Of a stretch of DNA of 64,000 nucleotides, positions 37,687 through 45,303 are shown in pieces. The stretch is taken from contig JADFXT010000002.1 of assembly GCA_015233405.1 (NCBI GenBank), positions 132,451-196,450 on the forward strand. The letters run 5' to 3'. A model generated the notes under the pieces. The model saw nothing but the letters and a program-made list of their open reading frames with translations, searched no databases and had not been told where the DNA came from. The DNA comes from Candidatus Omnitrophota bacterium (GTDB lineage: Bacteria > Omnitrophota > Gorgyraeia > Zapsychrales > Zapsychraceae). The translations under genes were made by a program, and so were the position numbers. Each line of letters begins with the position of its first letter. Position 1 is the first letter of the stretch.

Positions 37687-37771
37687 AAAAAACCCATCTC
37701 GTCAACTCTTTTATCACGGAAAAAATGATTTTTTCGTGATGGCTTTTGGCCTTTAGAGGATCAGAGATGGG
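37687..37771 (-). terminator. branched terminator downstream of rpsI, upstream of the arg operon
   Basis: Minus strand: CCCATCTC (37771-37764), inner hairpin ATCACG/CGTGAT (37740-37713), GAGATGGG (37700-37693), then U6 (37692-37687). Confidence 0.5.
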
Positions 37772-37806
37772 TGATTAATCAATTGTTTATTTTTGAAATT
37801 ATGGGT

Positions 37807-38202
37807 TTATCGTTTGACCCATTGGAATTTTCTACGAGCGCCCTTCTGACCCGGTTTCTTTCTTTCCTTCATTCTTGGGTCACGGCTTAAAAGGGATGCT
37901 TTCTTTAACACTGTTTTGTTTTCAGCGTCAAACAAAGATAAGGCGCGTGCTAACGCGAGGCGTAGCGCTCCAGCTTGGCCGGTTGAACCGCCGCCGGTGA
38001 TCTTGGCCTCCACATTGAATTTGTCTTTTGTGTTGGTCAGGTTAAGCGGCTCTACGATAATTATGCGGTCTGTTTCCCGAGGAAAATAATTTTCAAATGT
38101 TCGCTTGTTCACGCGGATAACGCCATTGCCTGGGGTTAATATTATCCGAGCAACGGAACTTTTTCGTCGACCTGTAGCACCATATTTAACGACTTCTACC
38201 AT
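37807..38202 (-). CDS. rpsI: 30S ribosomal protein S9
   Basis: GGGSTGQAGALRLALARAL and the C-terminus ...GQKGARRKFQWVKR. Confidence 0.97.
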   Translation of the reverse strand: MVEVVKYGATGRRKSSVARIILTPGNGVIRVNKRTFENYFPRETDRIIIVEPLNLTNTKDKFNVEAKITGGGSTGQAGALRLALARALSLFDAENKTVLKKASLLSRDPRMKERKKPGQKGARRKFQWVKR

Positions 38203-38217
38203 AAGGCTATTTCTCCT

Positions 38218-38652
38218 TTAAATATCTAAAACAATAGGTTGTTGTGCGGTATGGGGATGTTTATCTCCCGCGTAAATCTTTAACTTCCGTTTGACTTGAT
38301 TTCCTAACGGGCCGCTAGGGATCATGCGATTGACGGCTAGCTTAAGAACTTGGGTCGGTTTGTTTTTCAGCATGTCCCCAAGTTTTACAAGTTTTAACCC
38401 TGAATGATATCCGGAATAGCGCATGTAGGTCTTTTGGTCTAATTTTTTTCCGGTTACCTTAATTTTATCGGCGTTAATAATGACCACCATATCTCCGGTG
38501 TCAATATTCGGAGTATATGTGGTTTTATGTTTGCCTCGTAGAATGGTTGCCGCTTTGGCAGCCACACGACCGAGGATTTTATCTTTGGCGTCGATGAGGT
38601 AACATTTGCAGATAACGTCTTTTTCTTTAGCGATATAAGATTTTTGAATCAT
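38218..38652 (-). CDS. rplM: 50S ribosomal protein L13
   Basis: WYLIDA-type start (CYLIDAKDKILGRVA), RGKHKTTYTP and MLPKN-like MIPSGPLG. Confidence 0.97.
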   Translation of the reverse strand: MIQKSYIAKEKDVICKCYLIDAKDKILGRVAAKAATILRGKHKTTYTPNIDTGDMVVIINADKIKVTGKKLDQKTYMRYSGYHSGLKLVKLGDMLKNKPTQVLKLAVNRMIPSGPLGNQVKRKLKIYAGDKHPHTAQQPIVLDI

Positions 38653-38698
38653 TTCGTTTTTTATCCCTTTTTAAATAAAATTTCTAATTTGAGCTAAA

Positions 38699-38726
38699 AG
38701 TATAACATTAAATGATATATTGTCAA
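38699..38726 (-). promoter_or_regulatory. candidate sigma70 promoter of rplM-rpsI
   Basis: Minus strand: TTGACA (38721-38726), 16 nt, TATACT (38699-38704), 47 nt upstream of the rplM ATG. Confidence 0.5.
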
Positions 38727-38745
38727 ATGATTTTCTCGGCGATTT

Positions 38746-39495
38746 TTAGTATTTTGTCTCCCAGAGGCATAAACCTTTTGCCGGGGCTGTAGGGCTGGCA
38801 CAAGAACGGTCTTTGGCGCTAAGGATCTTCTTCATCGATCCTTTGGCGAGTTTGCCGCGGCCGACTTCAATCAGGGTTCCGACGATGCTGCGGACCATTT
38901 TATATAAGAAGCCATCCGCTTCAATATCAATGGTGATACGCCCGTCTTTTTTCTTGATATCCAATCGTTTAATGGTTCGGACGGAGTCCTCTCCTCTTTC
39001 CGGCCTCGCTGGGTCAGTGGATTGGAAAGATTTAAAGTTGTGTTTACCGACGAGGACTTTGGCTTCTTCTTTCATGACTTTAAGGTTTAATTTGTAAGGA
39101 TAAAACAAACAAAAATTTCTTTGCTGGGGACTACGGCTTGGGCGGTTAAGAATGGTATAGCGGTAGGTCTTGGTTTTAATCCCGTATTGCGCGTGGAATT
39201 TTAATGGCATCTCTTCGACGTTTATAATAGAAATGTCGTCAGGAAGATTAGCGTTTAAGGCCCTGAGGATTTCATCCGTGGGCATCGCAGTTTTAATTTT
39301 AAGATGGGCGGTTTGTCCTAAGGCATGGACCCCGCTGTCCGTACGGCCGGACCCGATCAAGGTAATATTTTTCTTGAAAATTATTTTGAGGGCTTTTTGG
39401 ATTTCGCCTTGGACGGTACGGCAATTTTGGGCCTGAGTTTGCCAGCCATTAAAATTCGTGCCGTCGTATTCGATGGTGAGCCTGAAATTTTGCAT
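38746..39495 (-). CDS. truA: tRNA pseudouridine(38-40) synthase
   Basis: YDGTNFNGWQ, the catalytic Asp in GSGRTDSGVHA, and FLYKMVR. Confidence 0.93.
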   Translation of the reverse strand: MQNFRLTIEYDGTNFNGWQTQAQNCRTVQGEIQKALKIIFKKNITLIGSGRTDSGVHALGQTAHLKIKTAMPTDEILRALNANLPDDISIINVEEMPLKFHAQYGIKTKTYRYTILNRPSRSPQQRNFCLFYPYKLNLKVMKEEAKVLVGKHNFKSFQSTDPARPERGEDSVRTIKRLDIKKKDGRITIDIEADGFLYKMVRSIVGTLIEVGRGKLAKGSMKKILSAKDRSCASPTAPAKGLCLWETKY

Positions 39496-39509
39496 GGTAA
39501 ATTTGACCG

Positions 39510-40535
39510 CTATTTTACGAGAATTTCCGCAATCTGGACGGCATTCGTGGCCGCGCCTTTTCGCAAATTATCAGCAACGACCCACAGCCATAATCCGTTT
39601 TTAACAAACGCATCATTACGGATACGGCCCACAAAAGTCTCGTCCTTGCCCTCGACATCTTTAGGCATGGGATAAAGGCCGGTTTTAGGATCGTCGACGA
39701 GAATCACGCCGGGCGCCTTGGATAGAAGTTTTTTGATTTGTGCTGCCGTGACAGGTTTTTTGGTTTCGATATAGACGGATTCCGAATGACCTGTCCTGAC
39801 TGGAACGCGCACGGTTGTTGCGGAAACTTTGAGCTTATTGTCGTGCATGATCTTATGTGTTTCCTTGACGAGCTTCCATTCTTCACTGGTATAATCGCCG
39901 TCGGTGAATCCGCCGATTTGAGGAAATACGTTATAAGCTAATTGCTGGGGCATGGATTTATTAGAAACGCTAGTATGGACATTGTTAAATCCGCCAGCTT
40001 GGATCTGATTAAGCTCTTCTTTTAATTGCTCAACAGCGCCTTTGCCTGCGCCGGAGGATGCTTGAAGCGTGGTCACAATGATCCTTTTGATGCCAAATTT
40101 TTTATGAATAGGCCAAAGCGCGACGACCATTTGTATCGTCGAGCAGTTGGGATTGGCGATAATGCCTTTATGTTTCTTGACGTCGCCGGCATTGACTTCC
40201 GGGACGACCAACGGAACGTCCTTTTCCATACGAAAATCGGCACCGTTATCAATCACAACGCATCCACGTTTGACCGCTTCTTGGGCGAACGTGACAGCCG
40301 CGCCCTTCTCTCCTTCGGTCCCGGCAAATAAGGCAATATCGACGCCGTCAAATGCTTCAGCGCTGATAGGTTCTACATTATAAATTGTTCCGTCGACATC
40401 TAATGGCCTCGCCGAACGGGCAAAGACTCGGATGTTGTCCGCCGGGAAATTGCGCTGTTTTAGCACACGTAACATTTCAACCCCGACAACACCCGCGCCG
40501 ATGACGGCTACGGTATATTTATTCTTCAATTTCAT
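39510..40535 (-). CDS. asd: aspartate-semialdehyde dehydrogenase
   Basis: VAVIGAGVVG, the catalytic Cys in NPNCSTIQMV, and SGAGKGA. Confidence 0.93.
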   Translation of the reverse strand: MKLKNKYTVAVIGAGVVGVEMLRVLKQRNFPADNIRVFARSARPLDVDGTIYNVEPISAEAFDGVDIALFAGTEGEKGAAVTFAQEAVKRGCVVIDNGADFRMEKDVPLVVPEVNAGDVKKHKGIIANPNCSTIQMVVALWPIHKKFGIKRIIVTTLQASSGAGKGAVEQLKEELNQIQAGGFNNVHTSVSNKSMPQQLAYNVFPQIGGFTDGDYTSEEWKLVKETHKIMHDNKLKVSATTVRVPVRTGHSESVYIETKKPVTAAQIKKLLSKAPGVILVDDPKTGLYPMPKDVEGKDETFVGRIRNDAFVKNGLWLWVVADNLRKGAATNAVQIAEILVK

Positions 40536-40622
40536 TGCTTGATTCTCCTATTATTCGTGAAACGTGAAGCGTAAAAAAAATTGGGTTTGCTTGCGTTTCA
40601 CCCTTCACGGTTAACGTTTCAC

Positions 40623-41681
40623 TTATTTTAAATGTTTGACCACCAAGTCCCCGACTTCCGTCGTGGAGTAGCCCATTTTTCCTGCAGCCAGGTCTTTTAA
40701 TTTTGTCAAAACGACTTCTTTGACGGAGTTTTCAATCATGTCGCCGGCCTTGACTTCGCCGATCTGGCGTAAAAGCATCGCTGCAGCGCAAATGGCAGCA
40801 AGCGGATTGATAACATTTTTACCCGTATATTTCGGAGCTGACCCGCCGATAGGCTCGAACATTGATACGCCTTCGGGATTGATGTTCCCGCCGGCAGCAA
40901 TGCCCATTCCCCCTTGGATCATGGCGCCTAAGTCCGTGATGATGTCGCCGAACATGTTGTCGGTGACGATGACATCAAACCATTCCGGGTTCTTGACGAA
41001 CCACATGGTGGTCGCATCGACGTGGGCATAATCGGTTTTGACGTCCGGGTATTCTTTGGCGACTTCATAAAACGTTCTTTCCCAAAGATCGAATGCAAAA
41101 GTTAAGACGTTGGTTTTTCCGCAAAGCGTTAATTGTTTTTTCTTGCCGTATTTTCGGGTGTATTCAAATGCGTAACGAAGGCATCGCTCAACGCCTTTTC
41201 GGGTATTATGCGAAACTTGGATAGCGACTTCGTCTTTGGTCCCTTTGTTCTGGAATTCGCCCAAGCCTTTATATAAGCCTTCGGAATTCTCACGCACGAC
41301 GGTAAAATTGATATCTTCTGGCTTTTTATTTTTGAGCGGGCAAAAGCGTTCGTCATAAAGTTTCACAGGACGCAAATTAATATATTGGTCCAGGTCGAAG
41401 CGTAGTTTAAGGAGAATCCCCTTCTCTAATATGCCGGGCTTCACATCCGGGTGTCCAATAGCGCCTAAGAAAATGGCATCATAGGTCTTAAGTTCGCTCA
41501 CCGCAGTTGCCGGCAGGACTTCATTGGTTCTTAAATAACGTTCGCCGCCGAAATCGTAGGTGTGCGTCTCATATTTAAAGTTGCATTTTTGTGCAACAGC
41601 CTGAAGGGCTTTTAAGCCTTCGTTAACGACTTCCGGCCCTGTCCCGTCGCCGGGAATCACAGCGATTTTATAGGTATTCAT
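40623..41681 (-). CDS. leuB: isopropylmalate/tartrate dehydrogenase family beta-decarboxylating dehydrogenase (LeuB-like)
   Basis: IAVIPGDGTGPEV, YINLRP, the NMFGDIITDL signature and IGGSAP. I cannot resolve the substrate (3-isopropylmalate, tartrate or homoisocitrate) by eye. Confidence 0.6.
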   Translation of the reverse strand: MNTYKIAVIPGDGTGPEVVNEGLKALQAVAQKCNFKYETHTYDFGGERYLRTNEVLPATAVSELKTYDAIFLGAIGHPDVKPGILEKGILLKLRFDLDQYINLRPVKLYDERFCPLKNKKPEDINFTVVRENSEGLYKGLGEFQNKGTKDEVAIQVSHNTRKGVERCLRYAFEYTRKYGKKKQLTLCGKTNVLTFAFDLWERTFYEVAKEYPDVKTDYAHVDATTMWFVKNPEWFDVIVTDNMFGDIITDLGAMIQGGMGIAAGGNINPEGVSMFEPIGGSAPKYTGKNVINPLAAICAAAMLLRQIGEVKAGDMIENSVKEVVLTKLKDLAAGKMGYSTTEVGDLVVKHLK

Positions 41682-41717
41682 GTCTTGTCCTTTATGTTTT
41701 TGTAAGGATTATAAATC

Positions 41718-42965
41718 TTATTCCTGGAATTTTTTAACGACCACCGTCGCGTTATGGCCACCAAAACCTAATGAGTTCGACATGGCGACGTTGACCTTGG
41801 CTCTGCGTGCAACGTTCGGCACATAATCTAGGTCGCAGTCCGGGTCCGGCGTTTCATAGTTGATCGTCGGTGGAATAATGTCATTCATGACGGCTAAGAC
41901 GCTTGCGGCAAATTCAACGCCGCCGGCAGCGCCTAAGAGATGTCCGGTCATGGATTTCGTCGAGCTGATCGGAACTTTTTTGGCTAAATCGCCAAAGACT
42001 CTTTTAATCGCCATGGTTTCAATTTTGTCATTTAATTTTGTGGATGTTCCGTGGGCATTAATATAGGAAATATCTTTCGGTGTTAATCCTGCATCATGAA
42101 TGGCCAACTCCATGGCCTTGGCGCCGCCGATCCCTTCAGGATGAGGCGCGGTAATATGATACGCATCACCGGTCCGTCCATATCCAACGAGCTCGCAGAG
42201 AATGGGTGCGCCGCGTTTTTTGGCATGGCTAAGTTCTTCTAGTATGGCAATTCCCGCTCCTTCGCCCATGACAAATCCGTCTCTGTCCATATCAAACGGT
42301 CGGGAGGCTTTTTGCGGGTCGTTGTTTCGTTTTGTAGACAAGGCTTTGAGTGCACAGAATCCGCCCATGCCGAGTTCCGTATTGGCGCTTTCTGTTCCAC
42401 CGGCGATCATCATATCTGCGTCACCATATTGGATAAAGCGCAGTGCGTCCCCGATGGCATTTGTGGCCGTCGAGCAAGCAGTCGCGACACAGGTATTAAT
42501 TCCGCGGGCGCCGCATTGAATAGAAACATGGCCAGCGGCTTCGTTGATGATCATCTTCGGAATAAAATGAGGAGAAATGCGGCTCGGTCCTTTTTCCATA
42601 AATTTTCTATGTTCTTCTTCAAAGGTCAAGATACTTCCGATCCCAGAACCGACAAGTACACCGACGCGGTCTAAGTCGACTTTTTGCGGGTCGAATTGGG
42701 CTGCGGCTAGTGCTTCTTTGGATGCGATACAGGCAAATTGAACGAAATCCGCAATGGTCCTGGCTTCCTTGGAATTAAAGTGATCGAGCGGGTTATAATT
42801 TGGAACCATTCCGGCGATTTGGCAGTCAAACAGGGTTGAGTCAAAATGCGTGATACGGACAATGCCGCTTCTGCCTTCTTTAAGTCCACTCCAGAATTCC
42901 GTGATTCCTGTCCCGAGGGGAGAAATCACGCCTAATCCTGTTACAACGACTCTTCTTTTATTCAT
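41718..42965 (-). CDS. fabF: beta-ketoacyl-ACP synthase II
   Basis: RRVVVTGLG, the active-site Cys in ATACSTATNA, the His-His pair (AYHITAP and INAHGTST), and GFGGHNA. Confidence 0.93.
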   Translation of the reverse strand: MNKRRVVVTGLGVISPLGTGITEFWSGLKEGRSGIVRITHFDSTLFDCQIAGMVPNYNPLDHFNSKEARTIADFVQFACIASKEALAAAQFDPQKVDLDRVGVLVGSGIGSILTFEEEHRKFMEKGPSRISPHFIPKMIINEAAGHVSIQCGARGINTCVATACSTATNAIGDALRFIQYGDADMMIAGGTESANTELGMGGFCALKALSTKRNNDPQKASRPFDMDRDGFVMGEGAGIAILEELSHAKKRGAPILCELVGYGRTGDAYHITAPHPEGIGGAKAMELAIHDAGLTPKDISYINAHGTSTKLNDKIETMAIKRVFGDLAKKVPISSTKSMTGHLLGAAGGVEFAASVLAVMNDIIPPTINYETPDPDCDLDYVPNVARRAKVNVAMSNSLGFGGHNATVVVKKFQE

Positions 42966-43062
42966 AAATATTAGTCCGTTTCTTAATTGATAATAGTAGA
43001 ATGCCTCGGTGTCACCACCGAGGCACTTTTAAACATTTGAAACGCTTGGAAGGAAAAAGATC

Positions 43063-43299
43063 TTACTTAGAACCTTTTTCATTGATATATTTGATGGCAT
43101 CGCCAACTTTTGTCATTTTTTCCGCATCTTCATCCGGAATTTCAACGCCGAATTCTTCTTCTAAAGCCATAATAAGCTCGACGGTATCCAAAGAGTCTGC
43201 GCCAAGATCATCAATAAAAGATGCTTCAGGAGTCACCTCTTCGATTTTAACGCCTAATTGTTCCGCGATGATTGATTTGATTTTTTCTTCTGCTGCCAT
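43063..43299 (-). CDS. acpP: acyl carrier protein
   Basis: 78 aa with the phosphopantetheine site [19 protein letters not shown]. Confidence 0.97.
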   Translation of the reverse strand: MAAEEKIKSIIAEQLGVKIEEVTPEASFIDDLGADSLDTVELIMALEEEFGVEIPDEDAEKMTKVGDAIKYINEKGSK

Positions 43300-43344
43300 G
43301 TGTATTTCCTCCTTTTGTGGACCTTAATTAGCTTCCCTATATAT

Positions 43345-44085
43345 TTATATCGCCATACCGCCGTCAACCACGATAACTTGCCCGGTGATGTAATCGGCTT
43401 TGCTGGATGCTAAAAATAAGCATACGCCAGCGACATCCTGAGGGCTTCCTAATTTCCCCAGCGGAATGGTTTTAAAAATTTCTTCTTTAGCTTTTTCATT
43501 GAGTTTATCAGTCATATCTGACTGAATGTAGCCAGGGGCAACGGCATTCGATGTGATACCCCGTGAGGCAAATTCTTTAGCAATTGATTTTGTAAACCCA
43601 ATAATACCGGCTTTACTTGCTGAATAATTCGCCTGCCCTGCGTTTCCGACAATGCCAATGATCGAAGCGATATTAATGATTTTTCCTTTTCGGGCCTTCA
43701 TCATGGGTTTAACGATGGTTTTAGTACAGATGAAGACACCTTTAAGGTTAATATCTAAGACGGCATCCCAGTCGGATTCATTCATGCGAAGCAATAAATT
43801 ATCTCTGGTGATGCCTGCGTTGTTAACTAATATATCAATGCGATTGTATTTGTCAAGAATTTTGTCCGTCATTTCTTCGACGCTTTTTAAGTCTGTGACG
43901 TTGCAGGCAAAACTGTCGGCCTTAAAGCCTTGGGCCTTAAGTTCTTCACAGGTTTTAGCTGCCATTTCAGCGTTAATATCAGAAATAATGACGGTCGCGC
44001 CTTCCTTGGCAAAGCTTTCTGCAATGGCCCGGCCGATGCCGCGCGCTGAACCTGTGATAAGAGTTACTTGGTCTTTTAACTCCAT
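43345..44085 (-). CDS. fabG: 3-oxoacyl-ACP reductase
   Basis: An SDR enzyme with TGSARGIGRAIA, NNAG and YSASKAG; it lies adjacent to acpP and fabF. Confidence 0.9.
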   Translation of the reverse strand: MELKDQVTLITGSARGIGRAIAESFAKEGATVIISDINAEMAAKTCEELKAQGFKADSFACNVTDLKSVEEMTDKILDKYNRIDILVNNAGITRDNLLLRMNESDWDAVLDINLKGVFICTKTIVKPMMKARKGKIINIASIIGIVGNAGQANYSASKAGIIGFTKSIAKEFASRGITSNAVAPGYIQSDMTDKLNEKAKEEIFKTIPLGKLGSPQDVAGVCLFLASSKADYITGQVIVVDGGMAI

Positions 44086-44104
44086 TCCGTCTCCTTATCT
44101 TTTC

Positions 44105-44180
44105 TGTCATCCTCGCAATCTTTTAGCGGGGATCCAGTGTTTTCATCTGGATTGGATTCCCGCTTCCGCGGGAATGACAT
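44105..44180. repeat. MITE-like paired palindromic repeat (GTCATYCCCGC family), copy C
   Basis: TGTCATCCTCGCAATCTTTTAGCGGGGATCCAG ... CTGGATTGGATTCCCGCTTCCGCGGGAATGACA. It is intergenic between fabG and fxsA. Confidence 0.65.
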
Positions 44181-44230
44181 CTGTAATCGCACCTATGTTA
44201 CCAATACTTTTTATGATTGCAAGAAAAAAT

Positions 44231-44659
44231 TTAGGAAATGTCAATATCATCATAATGAGTGTCTTCTCGAAGAGATGGCCCCCAGTGAACAGTCTGTCCT
44301 TGTTGCATCATTTTATTAAGTTTCCGTTTTAAGAAAAAATTGACGATAAATCGTGTTGGCGGTAAAAGCAAAATGAGTCCGAAGACGTCAGTAATAAACC
44401 CGGGAACCACTAAAAGGATCCCGCCAAGCCAAATCAAAACGCCGTCTAAAAGTTCCGCACTGGGCATGGCGCCTTCGTTTAAAGTTTGCTGGATTTTCTG
44501 AAAAACAAAGAAACCTTGAAGTCTTGCTAAGAAAGATCCTAGAATTGCCGTTAAGATCAGAATAAAAATAACGTTGAGCGCTCCGATCATGGCGCTGACC
44601 TTCACCAGGATGATGATCTCCAGGATAGGCAGAATGATAAGAAAGAAAATAAATAGCAT
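44231..44659 (-). CDS. fxsA: FxsA family membrane protein
   Basis: LLVVPGFITDVFGLILLLPPTR is the FxsA signature; three TM helices. Confidence 0.8.
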   Translation of the reverse strand: MLFIFFLIILPILEIIILVKVSAMIGALNVIFILILTAILGSFLARLQGFFVFQKIQQTLNEGAMPSAELLDGVLIWLGGILLVVPGFITDVFGLILLLPPTRFIVNFFLKRKLNKMMQQGQTVHWGPSLREDTHYDDIDIS

Positions 44660-44710
44660 AGTGGTTTTTGGCCTTTAGTCTCCGCCAAAGGCGGATATGG
44701 TCTATTGTTT

Positions 44711-45259
44711 TTAGGTAATCAGAGTGAGGAATTCTGAACGGGTAGAGATGTTTTTCCGAAAGGCGCCAAGCATATAAGACGTTTTCATGACGGAGTTTTG
44801 TTTCTCAACGCCGCGCATCATGGTACATAAATGCCGGGCTTCGATAACAACGCCAACGCCCTGGGCATTGGTAAATTTTTGGATGGTCTCGGCAATCTGT
44901 TTGGTTAAATTCTCCTGGACCTGTAACCTCCGCGCGAAAATATCGACGATCCGAGAAATTTTAGAAAGACCCATGATTTTTCCATTTGGCAGGTATCCGA
45001 CGTGGCATTTGCCAAAGAAAGGTAATAAATGATGTTCGCACAAGGAATACAGTTCGATGTCCTTGACGATGACCATTTCATCGTTATCGGACTCAAAGAT
45101 CGCGCCGTTAACGACTTCCTCTATATTCTCGTGGTAGCCTTTGGTCAGATATTGAAACGCCTCGGCCGCGCGTTTGGGCGTATCTTTAAGCCCTTGACGG
45201 TCGGTGTTCTCTCCGATGGATTTGATGAGTTCTTTATAAAATTTTTCCATGACGCGCAT
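44711..45259 (-). CDS. folE: GTP cyclohydrolase I
   Basis: [19 protein letters not shown] and RLQVQE. Confidence 0.93.
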   Translation of the reverse strand: MRVMEKFYKELIKSIGENTDRQGLKDTPKRAAEAFQYLTKGYHENIEEVVNGAIFESDNDEMVIVKDIELYSLCEHHLLPFFGKCHVGYLPNGKIMGLSKISRIVDIFARRLQVQENLTKQIAETIQKFTNAQGVGVVIEARHLCTMMRGVEKQNSVMKTSYMLGAFRKNISTRSEFLTLIT

Positions 45260-45303
45260 AATAACACAGGGAACTGGTCATGTCAAATGGCAGAAATCTC
45301 CCA

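Noticed and set aside
37626-37690. A possible ARG box (ArgR operator) upstream of argC: GTGAAATTCATAATATAAC.
   Set aside because: It contains only TGAA-A-TTCA, not the TGAAT-N4-ATTCA spacing of the consensus. It is single-copy, whereas ARG boxes are usually tandem, and no argR is in the window.
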